Source of the DNA: Bacteroides sp.
Lineage (GTDB): Bacteria > Bacteroidota > Bacteroidia > Bacteroidales > Bacteroidaceae
Length of the DNA: 64,000 nucleotides
Assembly: GCA_021202275.1 (NCBI GenBank)
Contig: JAJQDI010000025.1
Location: 8,112-72,111 of the forward strand
Direction: 5' to 3'
Shown here: one piece after another, positions 29,726 to 40,357 of the stretch
Numbering within the stretch: the first letter of the stretch is position 1
How the letters are laid out: each line of letters opens with the position of its first letter
Program-made: the position numbers and the translations under genes
Notes under the pieces: model-generated
Told to the model about the DNA's origin: nothing
What the model saw: the letters and a program-made list of their open reading frames with translations, nothing else
The model's database searches: none

Positions 29726-31216
29726 ATGAAAACAAAGTATCTGAAGATCAATCCAGCGGACAATGTAGCCGTCGCGATCGTTACGTTGCCTGCCGGTGAA
29801 AAACTCTCTGTAGACGGTAAAGAAATTGTCCTGAACGAAGAGATCCCTACCGGACACAAATTTGCTCTGAAAGATTTCTCCGAAGGAGAAAATGTGATCA
29901 AATACGGATATCCGATCGGCCATGCGACCCAGGCGAAACAAACGGGCGACTGGATGAATGAGAACAACATCCGTACCAATCTGGCCGGATTGCTCGACTA
30001 TACATACAATCCCACGGAAGTCTCTCTGGACATTGCTCCGAAAGAACTCTCTTTCCAGGGATATCGCCACAAGAACGGCGAAGTGGGCATCCGCAATGAG
30101 ATATGGATCATCCCGACCGTAGGTTGCGTAAACGGTATTGCTAATCAGCTGGCCAATGCCCTGCAAAAAGAGACACAGGGAGAAGGTGTAGACGCGATCG
30201 TAGCCTTCCCGCACAACTACGGTTGTTCACAATTGGGAGAAGATCACGAGAACACCAAAAAGATCCTGCGCGACATGGTACTCCATCCCAACGCAGGAGC
30301 GGTATTAGTCGTAGGTCTGGGATGTGAGAACAACCAGCCGGATGTATTCCGTGAATTTATCGGAGCATACGATGAAGACCGTATCCAATTCATGGTGACT
30401 CAGCAGGTAGGCGACGAATATGAAGAAGGAATGCAGATCCTGCGCGGGCTCTATGCGAAAGCCAGCAAAGACGTACGCACTACCGTGCCTATCTCCGAAC
30501 TGCGTGTAGGTCTGAAATGCGGGGGATCGGACGGTTTCTCCGGCATCACGGCCAACCCGTTGCTGGGAGTATTCTCTGACTTCCTGATCGCACAGGGAGG
30601 AACCAGTGTACTGACGGAAGTGCCCGAAATGTTCGGAGCGGAAACCATCCTGATGAACCGTTGTGAGAACAAAGAACTGTTTGAAGAGACCGTACACCTG
30701 ATCAATGATTTCAAAGAGTATTTCTTGTCTCACGGTGAACCGGTAGGAGAAAATCCCTCTCCGGGCAACAAAGCCGGGGGTATTTCTACCCTGGAAGAAA
30801 AAGCCCTGGGATGTACGCAGAAATGTGGGAAAAGCAAGGTGTCGGGCGTTTTGTCGTACGGTGAACGTCTGAAAGTCAAAGGACTCAGTCTGCTGTCTGC
30901 CCCGGGCAACGACCTGGTAGCTTCTACGGCACTGGCTTCCTGTGGTTGCCACATCGTCCTCTTTACCACCGGACGCGGAACACCATTCGGCACGTTTGTA
31001 CCGACCATGAAGATTTCTACCAACTCCGCACTGGCACAGAACAAACCGGGATGGATCGACTTCAACGCGGGAGTGATCGTGGAAGATGAACCCATGGAAA
31101 AAACCTGCGAACGCTTTATCGATTATATCCTTCGCGTAGCCAGTGGCGAACAGGTGAACAACGAGAAGAAAGGGTATCGTGAAATAGCAATTTTCAAAAC
31201 CGGAGTAACTCTCTGA
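29726..31216 (+). CDS. uxaA: Altronate dehydratase (UxaA family)
   Basis: N-terminal SAF domain (DNVAVA...GHKFAL), TVGCVNG, HNYGCSQLG, GLKCGGSDGFSGITANP, FTTGRGTP. Confidence 0.93.
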   Translation: MKTKYLKINPADNVAVAIVTLPAGEKLSVDGKEIVLNEEIPTGHKFALKDFSEGENVIKYGYPIGHATQAKQTGDWMNENNIRTNLAGLLDYTYNPTEVSLDIAPKELSFQGYRHKNGEVGIRNEIWIIPTVGCVNGIANQLANALQKETQGEGVDAIVAFPHNYGCSQLGEDHENTKKILRDMVLHPNAGAVLVVGLGCENNQPDVFREFIGAYDEDRIQFMVTQQVGDEYEEGMQILRGLYAKASKDVRTTVPISELRVGLKCGGSDGFSGITANPLLGVFSDFLIAQGGTSVLTEVPEMFGAETILMNRCENKELFEETVHLINDFKEYFLSHGEPVGENPSPGNKAGGISTLEEKALGCTQKCGKSKVSGVLSYGERLKVKGLSLLSAPGNDLVASTALASCGCHIVLFTTGRGTPFGTFVPTMKISTNSALAQNKPGWIDFNAGVIVEDEPMEKTCERFIDYILRVASGEQVNNEKKGYREIAIFKTGVTL

Positions 31217-31242
31217 TACAGCAGTTATCCCAATCTGATCAT

Positions 31243-31277
31243 AAAAGCGGCCCGAATCCCTTCGTGCCGCTTTTTTT
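31243..31277 (+). terminator. Rho-independent terminator of uxaA
   Basis: AAAAGCGGC-loop-GCCGCTTTTTTT. Confidence 0.85.
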
Positions 31278-31528
31278 GCTAACTGGGTACCATATCGCTG
31301 TACAGTTAAGATATGGAATTTTCAGATGCATGAAGCAGTTAGCTAACCTTTGTTATATTGTTGATGCAAAAGTAATGCTTTTGTTTGGATCACCAGACAA
31401 AAAAACAGATGTTTCCTTATTATAAGTATATTTTTTAACCCATCTGCAACAAATACTTCCTTTCTGTCACAAACATTATTTCTATCTTTATTTATATCTT
31501 TGCGGCTTCAAAACATAAAATCCATCTT

Positions 31529-32821
31529 ATGACCAAGATAAAATCGGGAAAACCCCGTCCGGGCTGGTGGTCTCTCAGTCCGCTGTTTGTATTCCTGGGA
31601 CTTTACCTCTGTACGGCCATCCTACTGGATATACAGATGCCGATCGCTGTTGCTTTTCTGATCGCTTCGTGTTTCGCGATCGCTATCACTCCCGGACTGA
31701 GCCTGGATCAACGCATCTATCAGTTTTCGGTAGGTGCTTCTAACAAAAACATCATGCTGATGATATGGATCTTTGTCCTGGCAGGTGCGTTCGCACAGAG
31801 TGCCCGGCAGATGGGAGCCATTGATGCCACTGTAGATCTTACGCTCCTGCTCCTTCCGGACAATCTCCTATTGGCCGGAATATTTATAGCCGCTTGTTTC
31901 ATCTCTCTTTCCGTAGGGACCAGTGTCGGAACCATCGTGGCCCTGGCTCCCGTAGCCATAGGATTGACAGAAAAGACCGGAGTGAACCTTCCCTTTATGA
32001 CAGCTATAGTAGTCGGAGGCGCGTTGTTCGGAGACAATCTTTCTTTTATCTCCGATACGACCATTGCCGCTACCAAAACCCAGGACTGTGTGATGAGGGA
32101 TAAATTCCGGGTAAATTTCCGGATCGTGCTCCCGGCAGCATTGTTCGTCATAGCGATCTACATCTTTCAGGGATTATCCATAGAACTTTCCTATCAGATC
32201 GGAGAGATCGAATGGATCCGGGTGCTCCCCTATCTGGTGGTACTCATCACCGCCATTGCCGGACTGAATGTTATGATGGTACTGGTAACAGGTATTGTAC
32301 TGACGGGTATGATCGGTATGGCTTCCGGTGGATTCGGATGGGTAGAGTGGTTTGGTTCTATGGGTGACGGGATCACCGGAATGGGCGAACTGATTATCGT
32401 CACCCTATTGGCAGGCGGAATGCTGGAAACCATCCGTTACAACGGCGGGATCGACTTTATTATATCCGGATTGACCAAACGTGTGAAAAACAAACGGGGA
32501 GCCGAACTGAGTATAGCCGCTTTGGTGAGCCTGACCAATCTGTGTACCGCCAACAACACCATTGCCATTATTACTACCGGACCGATTGCCAAAGACATAG
32601 CCAACCGTTTTCACGTAGACCGGCGTAAATCGGCCAGTATCTTAGACACGTTCTCCTGTGTGGTACAAGGTATGATCCCTTACGGAGCGCAGTTACTGAT
32701 AGCCGCTGGTATTGCCGGTATCGCTCCCGGCAGTATCGTACCTTATCTGTATTATCCTTTCGTTATGGGAGGTTTTGCAGTGCTGGCTATTCTCTTCCGG
32801 TATCCGAAGAAGTATTCGTAA
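31529..32821 (+). CDS. NhaC-family Na+/H+ antiporter or amino-acid transporter
   Basis: Polytopic membrane protein. GTSVGTI, GGALFGDNLSFISDTTIAA, PYGAQLL. -7 box TATCTTTG near 31495. Confidence 0.85.
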   Translation: MTKIKSGKPRPGWWSLSPLFVFLGLYLCTAILLDIQMPIAVAFLIASCFAIAITPGLSLDQRIYQFSVGASNKNIMLMIWIFVLAGAFAQSARQMGAIDATVDLTLLLLPDNLLLAGIFIAACFISLSVGTSVGTIVALAPVAIGLTEKTGVNLPFMTAIVVGGALFGDNLSFISDTTIAATKTQDCVMRDKFRVNFRIVLPAALFVIAIYIFQGLSIELSYQIGEIEWIRVLPYLVVLITAIAGLNVMMVLVTGIVLTGMIGMASGGFGWVEWFGSMGDGITGMGELIIVTLLAGGMLETIRYNGGIDFIISGLTKRVKNKRGAELSIAALVSLTNLCTANNTIAIITTGPIAKDIANRFHVDRRKSASILDTFSCVVQGMIPYGAQLLIAAGIAGIAPGSIVPYLYYPFVMGGFAVLAILFRYPKKYS

Positions 32822-32949
32822 CGGGCTCTCCTGATCTACAACCCATACCCAATCCTTTATTCCAGGAAAAATGATACTTTTCAGAGAACTCTTTTCTTAC
32901 ATAGGATAAGTAAGTGTTCATCACTCGTTGTATATATCAGACTCCGTAT

Positions 32950-33101
32950 CCTGTAGAGACGCACGGCGTGCGTCTCAGCATACCGAATGGGAAGACATAG
33001 CCCCTACAGAATACATTTTTTATTGGACGCATACCTCAGAGAGACACACACTTCCGGATTGGACCTACACCGCGGAGACGCACGCCGTGCGTCTCTACAG
33101 G
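32950..33101. repeat. REPIN-like doublet of the same GTAG REP family
   Basis: CCTGTAGAGACGCACGGCGTGCGTCTC...GAGACGCACGCCGTGCGTCTCTACAGG. The reverse complement aligns with 12570-12770 but has two internal units. Confidence 0.9.
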
Positions 33102-33225
33102 TAATCCCTTTCTCTGTAGACGAAATAAGAGAAACTCATTGCGTACAGATACTTTATAGATAAATCTATCATGCGTATTGAAATCCGAAAGAGTATACAT
33201 ACAATGAATGGAGAATACTTATTTA

Positions 33226-34425
33226 TTACCACCATCCGGTAAGATCCCAGCCTGCGGCTTTGTACCATTGCATGGTAGGATAATAGTTGTTAGCATTGAT
33301 CAGAGACGAGCCCTCTCTGGGAATATAAGTAGAAAGTCCGGTAGCTCCTTTCATATCAAATAATCCTCTGATATAGGCAGAATAATTTTTATCCGTAGTA
33401 GCAAAATAACAAACCACCTGCTCATAAACATCCAGCCAGGATTCATAATCATCATTTCCATCCGTTATCTGCTTGATGAAACCATCAAAATCATAGTAAT
33501 ATACAGTTGATCTCTTATCATAATAGAAAATATCATTCAGAGAAGCAGGCACTTGTCTACCTGTATAATAGTCGCGAAAAATATCCTTTGTCTTTGCCGC
33601 CAGTTTATCTATATACTGCATATCCGTCACAGAGACAGAAACTCCTGCTGTCCATAATGCATTTGTTGGTGTTTGGCCTGTGTAGATCTCATTATAAACA
33701 TCAAAATACTCCTCCGCAATTTTCATGGCGGCATTGTCTGAACTAAATAAAAACGGGGTCAGGGTTCTGTAAGGAGCACCCGGACCCGGGATTTCAGTAG
33801 AAGACCCTATGATATAATCGGCATACTCACGAAGTTCGTAAGCCACCTCTACCGTTTGCATGAAACAGGCATCGAAGAATATATAGTCAAAATGCCGCCC
33901 GACACGTTGCAATACCGTAGCAAAATCCGGTATATTCATTTGAGTATCCTTATATACTCCTACCGACCTCGAAGCAGAGTTGGTAGCAGGTAGCCATCCT
34001 TCCGCATGCGAACCGAAAACCAGTCCGTAACGACTTGCCGGAAATTCATTGAAAACCGTAGAGAATACCTCAGTCATCACAGATATGCTCAGCGGATTCT
34101 GTTCCGAATAGCTGTAGAGTGTATCAGCAATCACTGTCCCTTTCTCCTTACGGATATGGATCAGATGCGGATCATCGGATTTAGTCTCTATATACACCAA
34201 TAAATTGTGCTTGGATACATCTACCGTTTCCATACCAACCAACATATCCCGATAGTTGGTCAGAAGCAGGCTGCTCAGATCGTTGTTATAACTGTTCCCG
34301 ATCAGATAAGCCAGCACTGTACACTCTGTCCCTTTCTCCGGAGGCGTGGGTGTAGGATCGTCGTTATCACAAGCAACCATCACCATCAGAAACATTCCCA
34401 GAATTCCGTATAAATAAGGTTTCAT
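33226..34425 (-). CDS. Clostripain-family (C11) cysteine peptidase lipoprotein
   Basis: Lipobox MVMVAC (start 34425). FGSHAEGW, IFFDACFMQTVEVAYEL, GLSTYIP. Confidence 0.87.
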   Translation of the reverse strand: MKPYLYGILGMFLMVMVACDNDDPTPTPPEKGTECTVLAYLIGNSYNNDLSSLLLTNYRDMLVGMETVDVSKHNLLVYIETKSDDPHLIHIRKEKGTVIADTLYSYSEQNPLSISVMTEVFSTVFNEFPASRYGLVFGSHAEGWLPATNSASRSVGVYKDTQMNIPDFATVLQRVGRHFDYIFFDACFMQTVEVAYELREYADYIIGSSTEIPGPGAPYRTLTPFLFSSDNAAMKIAEEYFDVYNEIYTGQTPTNALWTAGVSVSVTDMQYIDKLAAKTKDIFRDYYTGRQVPASLNDIFYYDKRSTVYYYDFDGFIKQITDGNDDYESWLDVYEQVVCYFATTDKNYSAYIRGLFDMKGATGLSTYIPREGSSLINANNYYPTMQWYKAAGWDLTGWW

Positions 34426-34506
34426 TGGTATATATATTTTATTATACAAAAATAAAAGATAAAAAATAAGAGATATCCACATATCTCTTACCTAATAACG
34501 TTCGGA

Positions 34507-34968
34507 TCAGTATTCCGGTTTTTTAAACTGGAATTCTTTGGGGTCAATCAGTTCCACCACCTGATCGGAAGATTTTTTGTATTTGTTCATTACCTTGGCA
34601 TACTGCTTATCCAGATCCTTGCGGTTGTTGGCAAAGTAGACCATACAGGTACGGTTGGGTATCTGCTTATCGTACTCGAGATAGTTTTTCAGTTGATAGC
34701 TGTATAATTCCCGCTGCGGCAGGAAACCATGCCCGTTGAGATGTACACTGTCCAGCAATTGAATATCCGTATAATAGACTACCGTATCGGTAAAAGAAGC
34801 CGCGATACCAAATATATATATAGGTTTCAGTACCTTCGGTTCTTTAGGTTCTTTCAATACTTTCTGTGGTTTGGCTGCTTTGCCCGACTTTTTCTTCTGA
34901 GCAGACACCGGAACCACCGCCAGCAAAAGGACGAACACCATGAGGACTTTGAAATATTTCATAAACAA
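34507..34968 (-). CDS. Hypothetical secreted protein
   Basis: Signal peptide, Lys-rich N terminus, 153 aa. -7 box TACCTTTG upstream. Confidence 0.75.
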   Translation of the reverse strand: MFMKYFKVLMVFVLLLAVVPVSAQKKKSGKAAKPQKVLKEPKEPKVLKPIYIFGIAASFTDTVVYYTDIQLLDSVHLNGHGFLPQRELYSYQLKNYLEYDKQIPNRTCMVYFANNRKDLDKQYAKVMNKYKKSSDQVVELIDPKEFQFKKPEY

Positions 34969-35070
34969 AGATATTGAGTAATTCAGATGACAAAGGTAAC
35001 AAAAAAACCGGCCGTCAAAAAAGACGAACCGGCTTTTATACCTTCATGTGTCGGAAACCGATATTCTTAT

Positions 35071-35931
35071 TTATCCCAAATAAGATTTGAGCAATTTACT
35101 ACGATTGCTTTGCCGTAATCTTCTTATTGCTTTTTCCTTGATCTGACGCACACGCTCACGGGTGAGCCCGAATTTGTCGCCGATCTCTTCCAATGTCATT
35201 TCCTGTTGTCCGATACCGAAAAACATCTGTATGATCTCTTTTTCTCTATCGGTTAACGTAGAAAGTGCTCTATCAATTTCCCTCGCAAGAGACTCGTTCA
35301 CCAACGAGCGGTCGGCCATAGGCGAATCGTCGTTCACCAGCACATCCAGCAGACTATTGTCTTCTCCTTCCACAAAAGGAGCATCAACCGAAATATGACG
35401 GCCGGATACCTTGAGTGTATCGGAAATCTTGTCTACAGGGATATCCAATTCTTCAGCCAGTTCTTCAGGGGAAGGGCGGCGCTCATTCTCCTGCTCAAAC
35501 TTAGAGAAGGCTTTGCTGATCTTATTCAGCGAGCCCACCTGGTTGAGCGGCAGGCGAACGATACGCGACTGCTCTGCCAAAGCCTGTAAAATAGACTGAC
35601 GGATCCACCAAACGGCATAACTGATGAACTTGAACCCACGGGTTTCGTCGAACTTCTCCGCAGCTTTGATCAATCCCAGATTTCCTTCGTTGATAAGGTC
35701 GGGCAGACTAAGTCCCTGATTCTGGTATTGCTTGGCTACGGAAACGACGAAACGCAGGTTGGCCCGGGTCAGTTTTTCCAATGCCACACGGTCACCCTTA
35801 CGAATGCGCTGAGCGAGCTCCACCTCCTCTTCGACAGTGATCAGGTCCTCGCGTCCGATTTCCTGTAAATACTTGTCAAGAGAAGCACTCTCTCTGTTGG
35901 TGATACTTTTGGTAATCTTTAGTTGTCTCAT
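35071..35931 (-). CDS. rpoD: Primary sigma70 factor of the short Bacteroidetes type
   Basis: [50 protein letters not shown]. Lacks region 1.1. Confidence 0.96.
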   Translation of the reverse strand: MRQLKITKSITNRESASLDKYLQEIGREDLITVEEEVELAQRIRKGDRVALEKLTRANLRFVVSVAKQYQNQGLSLPDLINEGNLGLIKAAEKFDETRGFKFISYAVWWIRQSILQALAEQSRIVRLPLNQVGSLNKISKAFSKFEQENERRPSPEELAEELDIPVDKISDTLKVSGRHISVDAPFVEGEDNSLLDVLVNDDSPMADRSLVNESLAREIDRALSTLTDREKEIIQMFFGIGQQEMTLEEIGDKFGLTRERVRQIKEKAIRRLRQSNRSKLLKSYLG

Positions 35932-36235
35932 TCTTTAAAAACAGATTTGGAGTGCAAAGTTACTACAAATTATTGGTTTAGTATAGAATGTACTTAACTT
36001 TTTCACGATTATTATCTTGTTTTACGTATTACTGTATGTACCTGTTTTCTGCTTCATTCATATACCCATTTCCGGAAAACAAGACCCTTACAGTTGCCCA
36101 GAGGAGAAGACTTCCGGAAAAAGGATGCACCCTTTCCGGAAAAGTCTCCACGAAAGCCAATAGTTCCCTTACATCTGTCCTTGTCCGGGATCAGATCAAA
36201 GGCCGGAAGTTTATTCCCTCTATCCTAAGTAACAA

Positions 36236-36276
36236 AAAGAGCATCGGCTTGTTAGTGGACCGACGCTCTTTTTTTC
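36236..36276. terminator. Terminator-like hairpin downstream of degP
   Basis: AAGAGCATCGG...CCGACGCTCTT with A/T runs on both sides. Confidence 0.7.
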
Positions 36277-36314
36277 TCTGCTTTAAGTTAATTTATCATC
36301 TCATCGTCAGAGCC

Positions 36315-37838
36315 TTATTCATTGCTCAGATCGACAGCGAAATTAGCTCGTTTGCCAGATGGGAAGACACCGGAGATGAAAAGAACCTGATCCGGAGACT
36401 TCATCGCTTCGCGGAATACCTCTTCCATATCGCTCTCTTTATTGATCTGACGACCATTGACCTTCTGTATAATGAATCCTTTGCGGATGCCGGCATCTGA
36501 CATTTTACCACTGCTGACACCTGTCACCTGCAAGCCATAGCTCAGGTTGAGCTGTTTCTTCTGGTCATCCGTCAGTTCCTTAAAGGCCGCTCCGAGGATC
36601 TCCATTCCGGCACTTTTCACGACTTTGGTTGTACCCTGTTCATTTTTCAGAGTGACCTCTACCGTGCGTTCTTTCTTATCACGTACCAGTTTCACCTTTA
36701 CCTTATCGCCGGGACGATGTCTGGCCAGTGCTTCCTGCAGATCAGCCATATTGCGTACAGTCTTGCCATCAATACCGGTGATCACGTCATCCACTTTGAT
36801 ATCTGCGCCTGCGGCAGAGCCACCGTCTACGATCTCAGCCACCAGGACACCTTCTACCACTCCCAGTTCCTGAGCTTTTTTCTTCAACTCTTCAGATACC
36901 TGTTCGTTGATATAGCGGTCATTGGACAAAGAGCTACCTTTGATACCTAATAGCGCGCGCTGTACGGTACCGTATTGTTTCAGGTCGGCAACCACTTTGG
37001 TTATGATACTGGTAGGTATAGCAAAACCATACCCTGCAAAAGCTCCTGTAGGAGAAGAAAGAACGGAATTGATACCGATCAATTCTCCCTTCACATTCAC
37101 CAGTGCCCCCCCACTATTGCCCTGGTTGATAGGGGCATCGGTCTGTATAAACGATTCTATACCTCCGCTATATACTCCCAGTGTACGGGCTTTCGCACTT
37201 ACAATACCTGCCGTCACCGTAGAGGTCAGGTTGAAGGGATTACCCACAGCCAATACCCATTCCCCTACTTTCAGGTTATCGGAATCACCAATGGGCAGCG
37301 TCGGGAAGTTGTCTCCCTCGATCTTGACCAATGCCAGGTCAGTAGCCGGATCGGTACCAATGATACGTCCTACAAACTCCCGGTTGTCATTGAGCTTTAC
37401 ACTGATCTCGTCTGCTCCGTCGATCACATGATTATTGGTTACTATATATCCGTCTTTGGAAATGATCACTCCCGAACCGAATCCGACACGGGGCTGGGTC
37501 TGTATCTGACGTTCCTGCTCACGACCACCATCTCCGAAGAAAAAGTCAAAAATATCAGGAGCACGACGCACTGTCTGAGTTTTAGAAAGCTGAGTAGATT
37601 TGATATGCACCACTGCATTCACCGAGCTTTCGGCAGCTTGTGTCAGATCCACCGGCTGTGCATTCACCGCATCAAAAGCAGCGAGCCTCACATTGGGGTT
37701 CTGCGGAAAAGCCTCATAAAAAGAGGAGTATTCCGGCTGACCGGATTGCACCATCTTATAGGTGGTCAGTCCGGCTACCCCTGAACTAAGCAGAACAATC
37801 GCTGTTGCTCCAAGGATGTTTTTAGCTGTTTTATTCAT
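36315..37838 (-). CDS. degP: HtrA/DegP serine protease with PDZ domains
   Basis: GSGVII, TNNHV, DLAL, IQTDAPINQGNSGGAL. Confidence 0.95.
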   Translation of the reverse strand: MNKTAKNILGATAIVLLSSGVAGLTTYKMVQSGQPEYSSFYEAFPQNPNVRLAAFDAVNAQPVDLTQAAESSVNAVVHIKSTQLSKTQTVRRAPDIFDFFFGDGGREQERQIQTQPRVGFGSGVIISKDGYIVTNNHVIDGADEISVKLNDNREFVGRIIGTDPATDLALVKIEGDNFPTLPIGDSDNLKVGEWVLAVGNPFNLTSTVTAGIVSAKARTLGVYSGGIESFIQTDAPINQGNSGGALVNVKGELIGINSVLSSPTGAFAGYGFAIPTSIITKVVADLKQYGTVQRALLGIKGSSLSNDRYINEQVSEELKKKAQELGVVEGVLVAEIVDGGSAAGADIKVDDVITGIDGKTVRNMADLQEALARHRPGDKVKVKLVRDKKERTVEVTLKNEQGTTKVVKSAGMEILGAAFKELTDDQKKQLNLSYGLQVTGVSSGKMSDAGIRKGFIIQKVNGRQINKESDMEEVFREAMKSPDQVLFISGVFPSGKRANFAVDLSNE

Positions 37839-38440
37839 ACTGTATTTCTATATATTAAATGTTAATAGTAAATTTCCTGTTTAACTACACTCACGTTAAA
37901 ATAAAGACAAAAACCATTCTATTCTTTTTAGTGTCAGGTATTTTTCTTCTCTTTTAACAGAGGGTCGGAAGTGGTTAACAGGGATTAACGACCAACCCTG
38001 CCATTTTTACATTCGTTGTGTCAGATTTGCACCAGGCAAAATGTTAAAAAGAGAAGGGATCATACAGGAGACCCCCTGTCTTTCTATAGTTTGACTCTTC
38101 CGGACAAAAAAGGTTTGAGAAGCCGCTCTTATTTTAGGGATAATTCAGTAATATGAGATCTCATGGTTTTTCCAATTGTCCGGACAAATCTTTAAAGGAA
38201 AAGGATACTACCCGAAAGTTCTTCATCAGACTTCACGAGAACCGGATGGGTCTTTTAGTAACCAATCTACACCAAATGGGTTACCAAACCGGATCGGATT
38301 GGTAACCCAAACAGGTCAGATAGCGAATTTCCTGTTTTGATACATATATGTACAGTGATCTGAAATTTATTTCTTTACTTCCTTTTCTATTTCAAAACAT
38401 CTCCCAACCTTTGAATCAAACCATGTATAGACTTTTTTTC

Positions 38441-38620
38441 ATGCCTAAAAAATATAAAATACCAGAGCCTGAACCCTCTGTGATAAATGGACCGTCTGTA
38501 AGTTACAGAACAGGATATACTTCTCGGATATCTTCGAAACGCAAGACAGCTAAAGCCATAGAAGATTATAAAGAGGGAGAATATATGTCACACCAAGAAA
38601 TGAAAAAGATGTTTTTCTGA
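38441..38620 (+). CDS. Small putative antitoxin-like protein
   Basis: MPKKYKIPEPEPSVINGPSVSY...AIEDYKEGEYMSHQEMKKMFF. Stop overlaps the next ATG (TGATG). Confidence 0.5.
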   Translation: MPKKYKIPEPEPSVINGPSVSYRTGYTSRISSKRKTAKAIEDYKEGEYMSHQEMKKMFF

Positions 38621-38781
38621 TGAGAATAGCCTGAACGGCTGGTGCACAAAAAGACATAGCGGATATTTATCGTTTCCATTGTAGACCCGTCTATGTGGAA
38701 GGTGACGGAGAAGTGGAAAAAGCAATGAGGATAGTTGAGCATCCGTCTGGCTTTTCCATGGAAAAGCCAGACAGTCTCTGA
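38620..38781 (+). pseudogene. Decayed ParE/RelE-like toxin
   Basis: MRIA*TAGAQKDIADIYRF resembles the ParE N terminus, with TGA at the usual Trp (38632-38634); truncated thereafter. Confidence 0.45.
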
Positions 38782-38918
38782 AAGATCGACCTTACAGTGA
38801 TGATACAGTCTTTTCTATATACCCTCCACAGAGGAAAGGCTATGATGAAATGCCTCTCAAAAGTGTATATCTGACTTTTGAGGGGCACTCTTATGGGAAC
38901 ACGCTTTCGAAAACAGGC

Positions 38919-40250
38919 TTAGTCCAGATACTCTATTTCCATTTTCCATTTCCACTGTGGGAAATAGAGATTACCACCCGCCCACTCTACCTCACCACGC
39001 TGGAAGTCTACTGTCTCGCTGCGTGGATATTGCTTTTCGGGATAGAGAGGTTGAGAGTAGTCGTTGTTCACGATCAGACGCCAGGAGTCGATCCCACCCA
39101 TGAAGAACATCTTCTCTTCCGGTGTACGGGCAAATACGGGAATACCAAACGATTGATCGACCGGTACCCAACCTACCCCTTCGAAATAGACCTCGGCCCA
39201 GTCGTGCAGGTTCCACGCACCCGGATGCATCATGAATCCACTCTGCCAGCGGCACGGGATCCCACTGTAACGGCACAGGGTCATAAAAAGTAACGTCACC
39301 TGTCCGCAATCTCCTTTACGGTTCTCTACCACATATTCCGGAATGTTTTCAATGGTAGAATACTCAATGGCCGATGCCCAGGGATAGACCTGTCTGATCC
39401 AGCGGAAATAACGCTGTGCCAGCAACAGCGGGTTGCTCTCTCCTTCGGACAAACGCTCTGCCAGTTCGCGGATACGGGGTGTGAAAAGGATATGTGTCTC
39501 CCTTTCCCCGGTATGTTCTTTATAGAGATCACTCTCCGTATCATAGGGAAGGATATCTTCCGGCTTCAGATCGTGCCACTCGGCATACGAAGTAAACTCA
39601 AAGGTTTCGGAAAAGCGGGTCGGTTGCCCCTGTCGGGCCACTTGCTCCATATACAACGTCTTGTGCAGATACGAATCCGGAGCGATCTGATAGTCGGATT
39701 GACTGGTCCTGATCAACTTTACATCGGTCTGACGGGGATGATCCGTACGTGGATAGGGTAGCCAGCAACGAACCACTTCCCCGGCAGGCACCGCGTTGGT
39801 ATCTACTGTGAGCGTATACGTTACCCGCATCCGCCTGGGTTCTACCCGGGAAGTTTTTTGTTTCTTCACCGCGGCTATCACCTCAGGAACATGGATCTGA
39901 TTGACCTTGTCTTTATCGCTCAGCTCAAATCCTTCTTTTTCCAGTTTGATGTTGTAGCAGGCAGAGTCTACCCGGAAAAGATTGGGACCGGCATTGCGGA
40001 AATAGCGTTTCTCACCATCAATGATCCGGTATTCCAACGCGTTACTTTCTTCCCAGGCACGCATCTGCGCATCGGTCACATCCGGAATGTATTGATGGAT
40101 GTATTCTTTCACCTGAGTTTCCGTCAGCCGGAAATCGACACGGATGCGATGATCCAGATCCTCTTCCCAACTGTAAGATTTGGCAGGCTGCTTATGGGAA
40201 CACGCCGATGCGAAGACCAGCACTCCCACCAGATAGAGTAGTTTTTTCAT
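38919..40250 (-). CDS. Transglutaminase-like superfamily lipoprotein
   Basis: Lipobox FASAC. KGDCGQVTLLFMTLCR...HDWAEVY...WVPVD Cys-His-Asp triad. Confidence 0.88.
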   Translation of the reverse strand: MKKLLYLVGVLVFASACSHKQPAKSYSWEEDLDHRIRVDFRLTETQVKEYIHQYIPDVTDAQMRAWEESNALEYRIIDGEKRYFRNAGPNLFRVDSACYNIKLEKEGFELSDKDKVNQIHVPEVIAAVKKQKTSRVEPRRMRVTYTLTVDTNAVPAGEVVRCWLPYPRTDHPRQTDVKLIRTSQSDYQIAPDSYLHKTLYMEQVARQGQPTRFSETFEFTSYAEWHDLKPEDILPYDTESDLYKEHTGERETHILFTPRIRELAERLSEGESNPLLLAQRYFRWIRQVYPWASAIEYSTIENIPEYVVENRKGDCGQVTLLFMTLCRYSGIPCRWQSGFMMHPGAWNLHDWAEVYFEGVGWVPVDQSFGIPVFARTPEEKMFFMGGIDSWRLIVNNDYSQPLYPEKQYPRSETVDFQRGEVEWAGGNLYFPQWKWKMEIEYLD

Positions 40251-40357
40251 ATCCTGTTTTCTATGAGGTATATCTGAATAGATCCATACAGGGACACCGA
40301 AGACAGGGACTCCCCTTCTTTTATCCCTGTATAAAGGATCAAGATTCTGTATGTATA

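Noticed and set aside
31280-31528. Amino-acid riboswitch upstream of the NhaC-family transporter
   Set aside because: The -7 box lies only about 30 bp from the start codon, and no lysine or SAM aptamer consensus is recognisable.
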